Positions 30,001-38,683 of a stretch of 64,000 nt of DNA are shown here, in pieces. Where the stretch lies: contig NC_019738.1 in the NCBI RefSeq assembly GCF_000317515.1, positions 2,001,623 through 2,065,622 of the forward strand, in the 5' to 3' direction. Source of the stretch: Allocoleopsis franciscana PCC 7113. Lineage in GTDB: Bacteria; Cyanobacteriota; Cyanobacteriia; Cyanobacteriales; Coleofasciculaceae. Positions within the stretch are counted from its first letter, which is position 1. Each line of letters begins with the position of its first letter. The notes beneath the pieces were generated by a model. That model was not told where the DNA came from. It was given only the letters and a program-made list of their open reading frames with translations, and did no database searches. A program made the translations under genes and the position numbers.

Positions 30001-31688
30001 AGATCGAGACCAAGGAGAGGCTTGAGCAACTCGCAACAGCGATCAATTGTTTTTTGAAACGTTGGCTCAATTTGGTAAAGCTCCCAAGCCATATTAATGT
30101 AATGAGTTCCCAGTCCAGTAAACATGAAGGCGATGGGGCGATCGCTCGTCTCCTGAAGACCGGAGAGAACCCGTTTGGGGTCTTGCAGTGCGACTAGAGC
30201 ATCTTCAATATCTTTGCAAACAACCGTTCGCCGATGCTCAAATTCTCGACGACCCACTTGTAGGGTGTAAGCCACATCAGCTAGGTTAAGCTCAGGATGT
30301 TGTTTCAGGTGTTCAACCAAGTTGCTTGTCGCCGTCTCCAAAGCTGAACTCGTCTTGGCAGATAACATCAGCACTTGCCAAGGGCGGGAGGTTGCAGACG
30401 GTTGCACAGTTGGCGCTTCTTCGAGAATGACATGGGCATTGGTTCCACCAAAACCAAAGGAACTTACTCCAGCGCGACGGGGAGTACCGTTAGCTTTCCA
30501 CTCTGTAAGCTTAGTGTTGACATAAAACGGGCTATTCTCAAAATCTATCTGAGGATTGGGTGTCTCGAAGTTAAGCGTCGGCGGTAGCCACTTTTTGTCG
30601 AGAGCTAAAACTGTTTTAATCAAGCCTGCGATCCCCGCCGCAGCATCCAAATGCCCAATATTGGTTTTCACTGAGCCAATTGCACAGTAACCTTTTTGAT
30701 CTGTTGAAAATGCTTGTTTTAACCCAGCAATTTCAATCGGATCGCCCAGAGACGTTCCGGTTCCATGTGTTTCTATATAAGTAATTGTTTCTGGCTCAAC
30801 TTCAGCCATGATTTGAGCGGCTCGAATGACTCTCGCTTGTGCCTCTTCACTAGGGGCTGTGTAGCTAACTTTTACAGCACCATCATTATTGATGGCTGAA
30901 CCTTTAATAACAGCATAAATATAATCTCGATCTGCGATCGCATCTTCCAGTCGCTTGAGGACAACCACACCAATTCCGTTGCCGCCAATTGTCCCATTGG
31001 CACGAGCATCAAACGCTTTGCAATGTCCATCGGGAGAAATCCCTTCCGGACACAGCGTTACTTCGTTTTGGGGAGCTTTAACTGAAACCCCAGCCGCCAA
31101 AGCCATGTCGCATTCACCACTGAGCAAACTTTGACAGGCGAAATGAACGGCAACTAACGAACTGGAACAAGCTGTTCCAACACTAACACTCGGCCCTTTG
31201 AGATTTAATTTGTAAGAAACTCGGGTGGATGCGTAATCTTTATCATAAGCAAGTAGAGTGGGGAAATATCCTAGTGTTTCTCTCACCTTGTTGGGGAAAA
31301 GATTATAAAGCAAATATGTGCTTGTCCCTACTCCCGCATACACTCCTATCGGTCTTTCTTCTTTTTCAGAGTCATAGCCAGCATTTTCCAGAGCCTCCCA
31401 AGCACACTCTAAAAATAGACGATGCTGTGGATCGATAATCTCCGCTTCTCTGGGATTAAACCCAAAAAACGAGGCATCAAATAGCTCAATATCTTCTAGT
31501 AATGCAGCCGCTTTTATTTCTTTATTAAAACCATTAGCTTCAGGATTTTTTCCCGAATCTGGAAAAACTGAAATAGACTCTTTTCCATTGAACAAATTTT
31601 CCCAAAACTGAGCAATATTACCACTGCCTGGAAAACGTCCGGAAACACCTATTATTGCAATTTCTAATCCGTTATGTTTGAAGTTCAT
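27006..31688 (-). CDS. Type I PKS module KS-AT-KR-ACP
   Basis: KS: GTACSSSLVAVHFA, ETHGTGT, NIGHLDAAAG. AT: GYSIGEY plus HAFHS, with an insertion relative to the other PKS. KR: TGGLGGFGLTLAKYL, LTGRSA, SYTAAN. ACP: LGGNSLIATKMF. Confidence 0.9.
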   Translation of the reverse strand: MNFKHNGLEIAIIGVSGRFPGSGNIAQFWENLFNGKESISVFPDSGKNPEANGFNKEIKAAALLEDIELFDASFFGFNPREAEIIDPQHRLFLECAWEALENAGYDSEKEERPIGVYAGVGTSTYLLYNLFPNKVRETLGYFPTLLAYDKDYASTRVSYKLNLKGPSVSVGTACSSSLVAVHFACQSLLSGECDMALAAGVSVKAPQNEVTLCPEGISPDGHCKAFDARANGTIGGNGIGVVVLKRLEDAIADRDYIYAVIKGSAINNDGAVKVSYTAPSEEAQARVIRAAQIMAEVEPETITYIETHGTGTSLGDPIEIAGLKQAFSTDQKGYCAIGSVKTNIGHLDAAAGIAGLIKTVLALDKKWLPPTLNFETPNPQIDFENSPFYVNTKLTEWKANGTPRRAGVSSFGFGGTNAHVILEEAPTVQPSATSRPWQVLMLSAKTSSALETATSNLVEHLKQHPELNLADVAYTLQVGRREFEHRRTVVCKDIEDALVALQDPKRVLSGLQETSDRPIAFMFTGLGTHYINMAWELYQIEPTFQKTIDRCCELLKPLLGLDLRDVLYPTKNEASASSQPTQAIAGVPQSGIDLRKMLGRNAEPIDEATQKLNQTHLTQPAIFVIEYALAQLWMSWGIRPTAMIGYSIGEYVAATLAGVLSLEDALTLVTKRAQMIQELPGGAMLAVPLSEEEVRPLLGEKLSLSAVNGSKLCVIAGTPDAVDELASQLTEKGLACRRLQTSHAFHSQMMEPIASSFTELVTTVSLNPPKIPYISNVTGTWITAAQATDPSYWTQHLCQPVLFADGVNELWKQQQPILLEVGPGQTLSSLALQCLESEQVADKVVLPSLRDAYTQQSDLAFLLNALGQLWLSGIQIDWSKFYAEEYRERVPLPTYPFERQRYWVDSPQAGQTVSIDQASLEKKLDIADWFYIPVWKQSMPPVPLEVGSLAKQKSCWLVFVDECGIGSQIAARIENEGQDVISVRVGEQFDQVSEWEYTINPQRKEDYHSLLKKLDFLDKIPSTVIHSWSITSHEQIPSGVELFEEAQHLGFYSLLFLTQALSKQRITIPLRLWVLSNSMYAVESTDVSYPEKITLLGLCKVIPQEYSNITCQSVDLVLPKLGSWSKDKLIDQLLAEITGKSSDLVIAYRANQRWRQVFEPVRFDNPVESPKQLRQGGVYLITGGLGGFGLTLAKYLVQTVQAKLVLTGRSALPPKEEWEQWLANHEQQNRVSTRIRKIQELEDLGADVLVISADVANEIHMRRVITQTEKRFGKLNGVIHAAAILDQDKIINSILDTSYTESNWHFQAKVYGLYTLDKVLQDREIDFCILMSSMGAIFGGTGFASYTAANLFMDAWVHRQNQLGNSNWCSVNWFHYEDAFLALRGIAPDPRKIEVFHEQVVEIFKRLLSNRLIPQVAIWQSDIETEVDKLIKHKSSQYPEKVKGSEATPSLYPRSNLRTTYVVPSSEIEHRIAQLFQEFLGIDKVGIHDNFFELGGNSLIATKMFLIIRQELQVEIPLISLFQKPSVAELALFIEEIIIREIAEITEEDAQKLMREITSK

Positions 31689-31892
31689 TGCTTTATCTTT
31701 TTGTAGACGGTATCTTGGCTAGCGATTACTACTCTTTTTTGAGACGAACCACTCCAGGCACAGAGTTCGCAGAGTCGAGAATAAGAGGAAATAAAGAGAT
31801 ATAAGGGGTTATAAGGGTGGATTTGGTATGCGACTCTGAGCTGGGCAATTAATTATAGAATTCCCTAGTTTGGAGCCAAGCGGCATGACCGA

Positions 31893-34800
31893 TTAGCGAG
31901 TCGTTAGTCTTGATTTTTGAAATCTTTGCTTCAGGCGAGTTTTTCCCTGTTGTATTTTCTGCTCCAAGTTAGTATCTGGCTGTTGTAAAGAAGGAGCTTG
32001 GGAAAAAACTAAGTGCTTAGCTAAAGCACGAATGCTTGAGTAATTAAACAAGTCAATCAATGAGATATATTGTACCTCATCTGGCAATTCTTCTCGAATC
32101 TTGTTGTAAATTTTTATAATGAGTAGTGAATTTACACCCAAGTCAAAAAAGTTATCATTAACTCCTACTTTCTCTATCTGCATCACATATTGGACAACAG
32201 CAGCAATCGTTTTTTCGATTTCATTTTTTGGGGGTACATAAGAAACGTTTAATTCCTGAAGAAAAGCGTCTGGAGTAGGAAGCGCACGGCGGTCTACTTT
32301 ACCATTTGCTGACAGTGGAAAAGCCTCTAGAAAGACAAAGGCTGATGGCAGCATATACTCAGGCAGCTTCCCGCGCAGAAAACGACGCAATTCATCTGTG
32401 GGAATTTCCTGGTGGGGAACCACATAAGCGACCAGCCGCTTATGGCTGGGCTGTTCACCCGCTACAGTAACGACTGCTTTACCCACAGCAGGATGCTGCA
32501 CCAGCACCGCTTCAATTTCTCCTAACTCAATGCGGTATCCACCAATCTTGACTTGAAAATCTTCTCGACCCAGAAATTCAATCGTTCCATCGGGAAGAAA
32601 ACGACCCAAATCACCTGTCCGGTACAATCGCTCACCTGTACGAGGATGGGTAATAAAACTAGCCGCCGTTTTAGCTTCTTGCCGCCAGTAACCCAACGCC
32701 AGCCCCATGCCTCCGATGTAAAGCTGCCCTGGAACCCAAACAGGACAGGGTTCTAGCGCATGATTGAATACATAGAAACGCTGATTTGTCATCGGACGAC
32801 CATAGGGAATACTCTTCCAAGCTGGGTCAACCGATTGAATCGGATAGAGAATAGACCAGATAGACGCCTCAGTAGCACCCCCCAAACTAATCACTTGAAT
32901 ATCCGGGACAAGGGCTTTAATTTGAGTCGGTAAAGTTAGGGGGAGCCAATCTCCGCTCAACAAGACCAACCGCAGACTGGCTAAAGCTTCAGAGTTATTC
33001 TGGGCATAGTCCACCATCATCTGCATTAAAGCTGGCACCGAGTTCCAGATAGTGATGTTGTGCTGTACTATCAACTCTTCCCAGTGGCTCGGTTCCCGCT
33101 CAAAGGATGCTTTGGGGATGACAATCGTTCCCCCTGCTGCTAGCGTGCCGAAAATATCGTAAACCGACAGGTCAAAACTGAGGGAAGAGAGCGCCAACAC
33201 GCGGTCAGTTGGACTCACGCCAAAGCGCTGATTGATATCAATAATGGTGTTGACGGCACCCCGATGGTTAATCATCACCCCTTTGGGAACACCTGTAGAA
33301 CCGGAGGTGTAGATGAGGTAAGCTAAATCCTCTGGTGTCTGGACTGGCTCTAAAGGCTGGTTACTTTCTTCTGCTAAGTCTTCACTGTCTATACACAACC
33401 GATGAACTGACTGAGGCCAAGACAGTTTCTCATTGAGCCAAGATTGAGTGAGAACAATATTAACTTCACTGTTTCTTAGCAGGTACGAAAAACGTTCTTC
33501 AGGGAGTCCGGGATCGATGGGGACATAGGCAGCACCAGAGGCTAAAATGCCCATAATTGCAACAATTTGCTCGCATCCCTTTTCCATCACTACGGCTACC
33601 AGTTGGTTGGGAGTTGCCCCCAATTTCCGCAGTCGATGAGCAACTTGATTGGAGCGATCGCATAATTCCTGATAGGTTAGGCTACGCTCCGGCGAAATGA
33701 TAGCCAGCTCATTTCTTCGACGCTGTACTTGTTCGGTAAATAACTCATGCAGCAGCGTATCAGGAACGGGTGCGTCAGTAGCATTGATAGCATCCCGTTG
33801 CGCTAACTGTGCCGGAGGTATAAGATTTCGCCTTGTCTCAACCCAAACTGAATCGGAGGTAGCTAGCTGCTGGAGAAAGCGGCAATACGCCTCGAACATA
33901 TCCTGAATTAAATCTTCAGGGAAGAGTTCCTCGACTACATCCCAATTAAATGTCAGCGTTCCCTTTTCCTCCCATACTTGAACATCCATCCACGCCTGAG
34001 ATGCTTGGCTGATGCCATAGACTAACTCTCCAAAATGGCTGAAGGTTAAGGTTTCCTGTCCTAGCGAACTGAAGCCTAAAGTACTGGTGAAGATGACAGG
34101 TATGGTGCTGATAGCCGTCCCTTTCCTGCGAGCTAGTTCCCGCATCGCTTGCACACCATTAAAGTAGCGGTGTTCTAAATCCTGCCATAGTTGTTTCTGG
34201 AGGCGGATGGCGCGTTGGCTAAACGACTCAGAGGCTGAGTTGTCCACTGCCAGGAGGGTTGCAGAGGTAAAGCCTCCCAAGATTTCATTGACTTGGGGAT
34301 GCAGGGGCAACCGATTAAACAGGGCAAGATTGAGAGTAAATTGGGGACTCTTGCTCCAAACGGTGATGATTTCGGCAAAAGCGGCAAGTAAGACGCCAGA
34401 AGGTGTCAAACCAACTTGAGCAGCACGTTGCTTTAACTGCTGCCATTGAGTGCGATCTAAGCCACTCTCATAACGCTTGGAGCGATACTGTTTAAGTTGA
34501 TGGGGACTCTTAGCCAGGGGTAAGTCGGGTGCTGGGGGAAGAGTGTCTATACGGCTTAACCAATAATCGCGCGATCGCTGATACAGTTGGGTCTCTTGTA
34601 AACGTTGCTCTGCTAAAGCATAATCCCGGAATGAAAGTTCAAGCGGTGGCAGTGCAACTTCAGGATTTTGATACAGTTGAAACCACTGTTCAAATAGACG
34701 AAACAGACTCCAGGCATCAAAAATTAGCAAGTCGTAGCTGATGTGCAATCGAACGCGATCTGCCGTAGGCGGCAGCGCTTCGCTATCGCCCTTACGGGCG

Positions 34801-35411
34801 CGCCTTCGGCTATCGCCATCCAAACACGTTGCCCTAAACTCAAACAAAGGCCACTGATTGGCAGGCAACACCTGATGAGACATTCGTTCCCGAATAGCCT
34901 CTAACTGAGCCTTGACAACTGCCTCATCTTGTCCTATTAAATCTAAAACCTCGAACGGGTAAGGAGGCACCTGCTTGAGAATCTGCTGTTGACCATCCGG
35001 TAACACCACAGCCCTCAGCATGTCGTGACGCTCAATCAATCGTTGTAACGCCCAGTTCAAGCGTTCCAGATTTAAGTCCTTACCCTCAATTTCGTAGTAA
35101 CCATGATTGCTCACATTGCCTAACTCAAATACCCCACTGCGGCCTATCCAGAAGGCATGTTGCATATCCGTCAGAGGAAACGGTTCGTAGCGCAACTCTG
35201 GTGCTGGCACAATAGTTGGTAGAGCAGTAGAACTGACACTTATATTGCTTTGGTGCAGCAACTTAAGAATCTCTGCTTTATGCTCTGCTAAAGAGTTCCG
35301 CAGTTCTGGAGTGATTACCCCTTTGGGCGCATCAATTTCTAGTGAATTACCATTAGCAGAAAGTTTTACGCCTTTGTTGGAGAGGGTGGTTAAAAGTGAA
35401 TGTAAATCCAT
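31893..35411 (-). CDS. NRPS Cy-A(Cys-type)-PCP with a TubC-like N-terminal docking domain
   Basis: N-terminal about 55 aa [47 protein letters not shown]. Cy [14 protein letters not shown] and [44 protein letters not shown]. Confidence 0.9.
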   Translation of the reverse strand: [1172 protein letters not shown]

Positions 35412-35620
35412 AACTGACTCCAGAAGATTGTGCCTTGCACTACGAACCTGATTCGCTAATTTTTAAGCAAATAGACCAAAAAAATAAATTTGTAGGGGCG
35501 GGTTTAGCGATATGGATTGCCAACAACTAGTTTGTTCTGTTCAAAACCTACCCTGCTCCTGCTGTGTTTCTTTTCACTCACCTGCTTAAGAAAAAAATAT
35601 CCGTATAGTTCAGACACACG

Positions 35621-37180
35621 TTACAGACTCAACTTCTCTCGTTCTTCTTCATGTGTTTTAGCAGCATCAATTGGCTCTGTTGCAATTAGATTGACCAGCA
35701 CTAATTGATTAAGCAATTGTTCTGATAGTTGAGCAATGGTGTTGTCTCCAAAGAAGCTCTCCATTGGCACTTGTACCTGGAGGTCGGTTTCAATTCGGCT
35801 CCTAAACATCAATGCCATCAAGGAGTCCAGTAATGAAGCAAAAGATTGCTGAGGCGTGAATTGATTTGGGGGAAGCTGTAAAGTAGTGGTGAGCCATCCT
35901 ATAAGGTAAGTTTCCAGCATCTGCCGTCTTTTCTCTGGTTCAGCAGCTAGAAGCTGTTCTCTTGAAAGAGTTTCCGTTTGGTGAATAGGAGGATTTTCTT
36001 GGGAACGAGAGTCTGCTCCTGCTAAACGAATCTTCTCTTGTTCCGGTGTAACACTAATGGGAGGAGCTGGAACCGCTCCTAGCGCTACATCACCCCAACG
36101 CATCACCATTGCGCCTGCTGTGGCACCTGCACCGTTTGTGTAAACGAGAACCAGGTCATTTTCACGCAGTTTGCCCGATCTCGTCGCGTGGTACAAGTTG
36201 GCGATGGGAAGAACTGGTCCGATATTGGCGTATCGGGGGTAAAGATTGATGGTACGTTCTGGATCGATGCCTAATGCCCGCGTACAGACGCTAGCATACC
36301 AGGCGGTCGGCGTATTGAAGGCAAAAAAGTCGATGCCCTCAAGGGACACTCCTGCTGCTGTTGCCGCTTCTTTGCAACAAGTGCGGACGAAATCAACGGC
36401 AGTTTCAGCAAGCATACTTGCGTTCTCACCCGTTCGAGTACGCATTCGAGGCACGCCTTGAGCATCCGTTACGAGTTCGTGGGAGTAAGCGCCGCAGGTG
36501 GCAGTGGTGCTGATGATTTTGGTGCCGAGGACTCCCTGATTGGGTTTGAGCGCACTCACGACAAAGGCTCCAGCGCCGTCACCCATCGACCAAGAAAGCG
36601 TGTCTTCATCGTCTACCGTGTTAGAACCAAATTGCGAAACCACCACCAGTACATTGCGGTACTCTCCCGTTTGCACCAAGGCACGGGCATTTTGCAGTGC
36701 CACCAAAGCACTCGAACAGGTTGATTCCAGATTCCAGGCAGGACAATGCAAGTTGAGTTGACGGACGAGGGAGGAGGTATTACTAAGTCCGATGGGTTCA
36801 CAGAAAAGTGAGGTGGCGATAGCGAAGCGCTGCTGCGAAGCGCAGATCGCCAATTCGACTTCTTCAGGATGAAGGTTTGCCGCCTCAAGTGCCTCTTTTG
36901 CCGCCCGATACTCCAGTGTCAGCGGCGACTCATCATGACTGAGTACTCGCCGTTCGACATTCCCTCGAAACGGGTCGTTTAAATACGGGGCTACCTCTTG
37001 CGACCAGATTTCAATTCCATCGTCGTTGGAGGTGGATTGAGAGGTTCTAGGCAACCGAACTCGTTTTGGTTGAGCTTGAACCGCTAACTCTGGAAACTTC
37101 TCGTACCAATAATCATTGGTACGAATCAGACTGGGAAAGCTTACGGCAAGCGAACGAATACCAATGGAGTGACTCGTCAC
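35621..37180 (-). CDS. Thiolase-fold KSIII-like enzyme fused to a C-terminal ACP domain
   Basis: Cys-containing condensing-enzyme motif NLESTCSSALVALQNA. Last about 100 aa form a carrier domain (FASLLDSLMALMF). Confidence 0.55.
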   Translation of the reverse strand: MTSHSIGIRSLAVSFPSLIRTNDYWYEKFPELAVQAQPKRVRLPRTSQSTSNDDGIEIWSQEVAPYLNDPFRGNVERRVLSHDESPLTLEYRAAKEALEAANLHPEEVELAICASQQRFAIATSLFCEPIGLSNTSSLVRQLNLHCPAWNLESTCSSALVALQNARALVQTGEYRNVLVVVSQFGSNTVDDEDTLSWSMGDGAGAFVVSALKPNQGVLGTKIISTTATCGAYSHELVTDAQGVPRMRTRTGENASMLAETAVDFVRTCCKEAATAAGVSLEGIDFFAFNTPTAWYASVCTRALGIDPERTINLYPRYANIGPVLPIANLYHATRSGKLRENDLVLVYTNGAGATAGAMVMRWGDVALGAVPAPPISVTPEQEKIRLAGADSRSQENPPIHQTETLSREQLLAAEPEKRRQMLETYLIGWLTTTLQLPPNQFTPQQSFASLLDSLMALMFRSRIETDLQVQVPMESFFGDNTIAQLSEQLLNQLVLVNLIATEPIDAAKTHEEEREKLSL

Positions 37181-38010
37181 AACACGACTCCTAAACTTCG
37201 GTAACTATCACCTGGAAAGGTGCATGACTCTGCACTCAGCACTGAACGTCGTCATAGCTGGCACTCAGGTGGTAATTCCATTGATTGATTTATGCCTGTA
37301 GGTCACTAATGAGAATTACTAGCGACTGACTGACTCATGTATCTTACTACTTGACAAGACATTGACAAGTCTTTCATTGAATATTTTTTCTTATTTGCAG
37401 AAAAAAATTGATAGTAATTTATTATTAATGAGTACGAAAGCGACCATTAAGGGCATCTAGTCGGTCATGGGAGGCGAAGGTTTCCATTCGGAGAAAAGCA
37501 AGTATGCTGATGCTATCAGCCTTGTTCGGAGGCGATTGCGCCCAAATCCGATGCACCTTCGATCAGGCTCGAATCGGTATCAAGCGGCGATCGCTAGCGC
37601 CTGCGATCGCAAGTGACCCTAAAAATTTTTAAAATTTTATTGCAAATAAATACCAGTTAGCTGTATTGTAATTCTGGATCAGTAAACGATAAAATCAACT
37701 TAGTTAATGAGAAAATTTATCGTGAGTTGTACCCACATCATGCATAGAGGGTTGGGCGCATCAAGTCTGCCATCAAAGGTGCAGGCTGGCTTCAAATAAC
37801 TAACCAGCTTACCCTCACAGGAATGCGTGAAGGCGTGACTTGGAACAAAACGGCACTAGTACCGCTACCCTTTATGTCAAAAGTCAAAAAGCTTTATTTC
37901 TAGACTTTTGAGCAAGTTTTCAGATGGTAGGCTCATTTGGGTCGTCATGTACTAGTCACATCTCAAAAGAAAGCCATCTGGGGCAATTAGATTTCCGAGG
38001 TGTTTTCTGC
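37181..38010. promoter_or_regulatory. Divergent promoter region between the two biosynthetic operons. AT-rich, with a tandem TTGACAAG repeat and a Fur-box-like AT tract.
   Basis: ttgacaagac/attgacaagtc at 37351-37369. tgatagtaatttattattaatga at 37408-37432. Both operons start here. Confidence 0.3.
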
Positions 38011-38274
38011 ATGGATACTTCAAAAGCGATGGATACTCTCAAAGCAATACTTGCTGACTTAGGTATTCCCCAAGAATCGCTGCACAATGACACACTACTG
38101 CACGAGGATTTACAACTTGATTCCACTGAAATAGTAGAAATTGCCCTAGGACTGAAACGCCAACTAGGGGTAAGCGTGAAGCTGGAAGGTCGGCAGGATA
38201 TGACACTGGCTCAAGTCTGCAACAAAGTCGAAGCGGCGCTGCTGGCCAACTCCAACTCTAACCATGTCTCTTGA
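38011..38274 (+). CDS. Free-standing aryl/acyl carrier protein
   Basis: MDTSKAMDTLKAILADLG... with LQLDSTEIVEIALGL (DS phosphopantetheine site). In frame inside track ORF 37924..38274. Stop overlaps the start of the following PPTase. Confidence 0.6.
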   Translation: MDTSKAMDTLKAILADLGIPQESLHNDTLLHEDLQLDSTEIVEIALGLKRQLGVSVKLEGRQDMTLAQVCNKVEAALLANSNSNHVS

Positions 38275-38683
38275 AGTTAAAGGACTCGGTATTGATATCG
38301 CGCCCATCCCCCGGATTGCTAGATTAATTGAGCGGTACGATCGCGAAACGTTAAATTTGTTGTTTACTCCGGGCGAACTCGACCGTTGCCAATCCTCCAG
38401 TCATCCCCACCGTTCTTTCGCCGTGTGCTTTGCCACCAAGGAAGCTGTGGGAAAAGCTTTAGGAACTGGATTAGCAGGCATTGGCTGGAATGAAATTGAA
38501 GCCAACCTTACCCAAGACAGGTTAACCGTTCACCAGCATGGGGACGCCAGCATTCAGGCGAAACGATGGGGTATCCACACATGGTTAGCGACATGGTGCC
38601 ATTGGGATGAACACGTACTAGTTCACGTTCTCGCCTTATCAAACATAAGCGTCAAAGAAAAATTTTATGAAAAGTGTTTCTGA
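38264..38683 (+). CDS. AcpS-type (holo-ACP synthase-like) 4'-phosphopantetheinyl transferase
   Basis: 139 aa. GLGIDIAPIPRI and FATKEAVGKALGTG match AcpS motifs. Coupled to the carrier protein upstream and the ligase downstream. Confidence 0.65.
   Translation: MSLEVKGLGIDIAPIPRIARLIERYDRETLNLLFTPGELDRCQSSSHPHRSFAVCFATKEAVGKALGTGLAGIGWNEIEANLTQDRLTVHQHGDASIQAKRWGIHTWLATWCHWDEHVLVHVLALSNISVKEKFYEKCF

Noticed and set aside
15413-35411. Oxidase (Ox) or methyltransferase domains inside the Cy-A-PCP modules that would give thiazoles or N/C-methylation
   Set aside because: Module lengths and motifs account for Cy, A, PCP, C and E only. No FMN-oxidase or SAM-binding (VLDxGxGxG) motifs seen.
1388-36888. 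Dozens of 60-140 aa ORFs listed by the six-frame track on the strand opposite to, and nested in, the large NRPS/PKS genes (for example 1388..1576, 3988..4302, 8309..8629, 16195..16527, 29465..29818, 36458..36724)
   Set aside because: All are antisense to very long, motif-rich coding regions. Low-complexity translations. No start context. Typical spurious ORFs in GC-balanced long genes.
35621-37180. Possibility that the KSIII-like gene is part of an HMG-CoA-synthase beta-branching cassette
   Set aside because: No HMGS, ECH1/ECH2 or KS-decarboxylase genes are present in the window. The fused ACP and the adjacent aryl-CoA ligase fit an acyl-transfer role better.
37467-37616. 49-aa ORF (MGGEGFHSEK...) in the divergent promoter region
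   Set aside because: No RBS. Overlaps HIP1-rich promoter DNA. Composition unlike coding DNA. More likely regulatory sequence.
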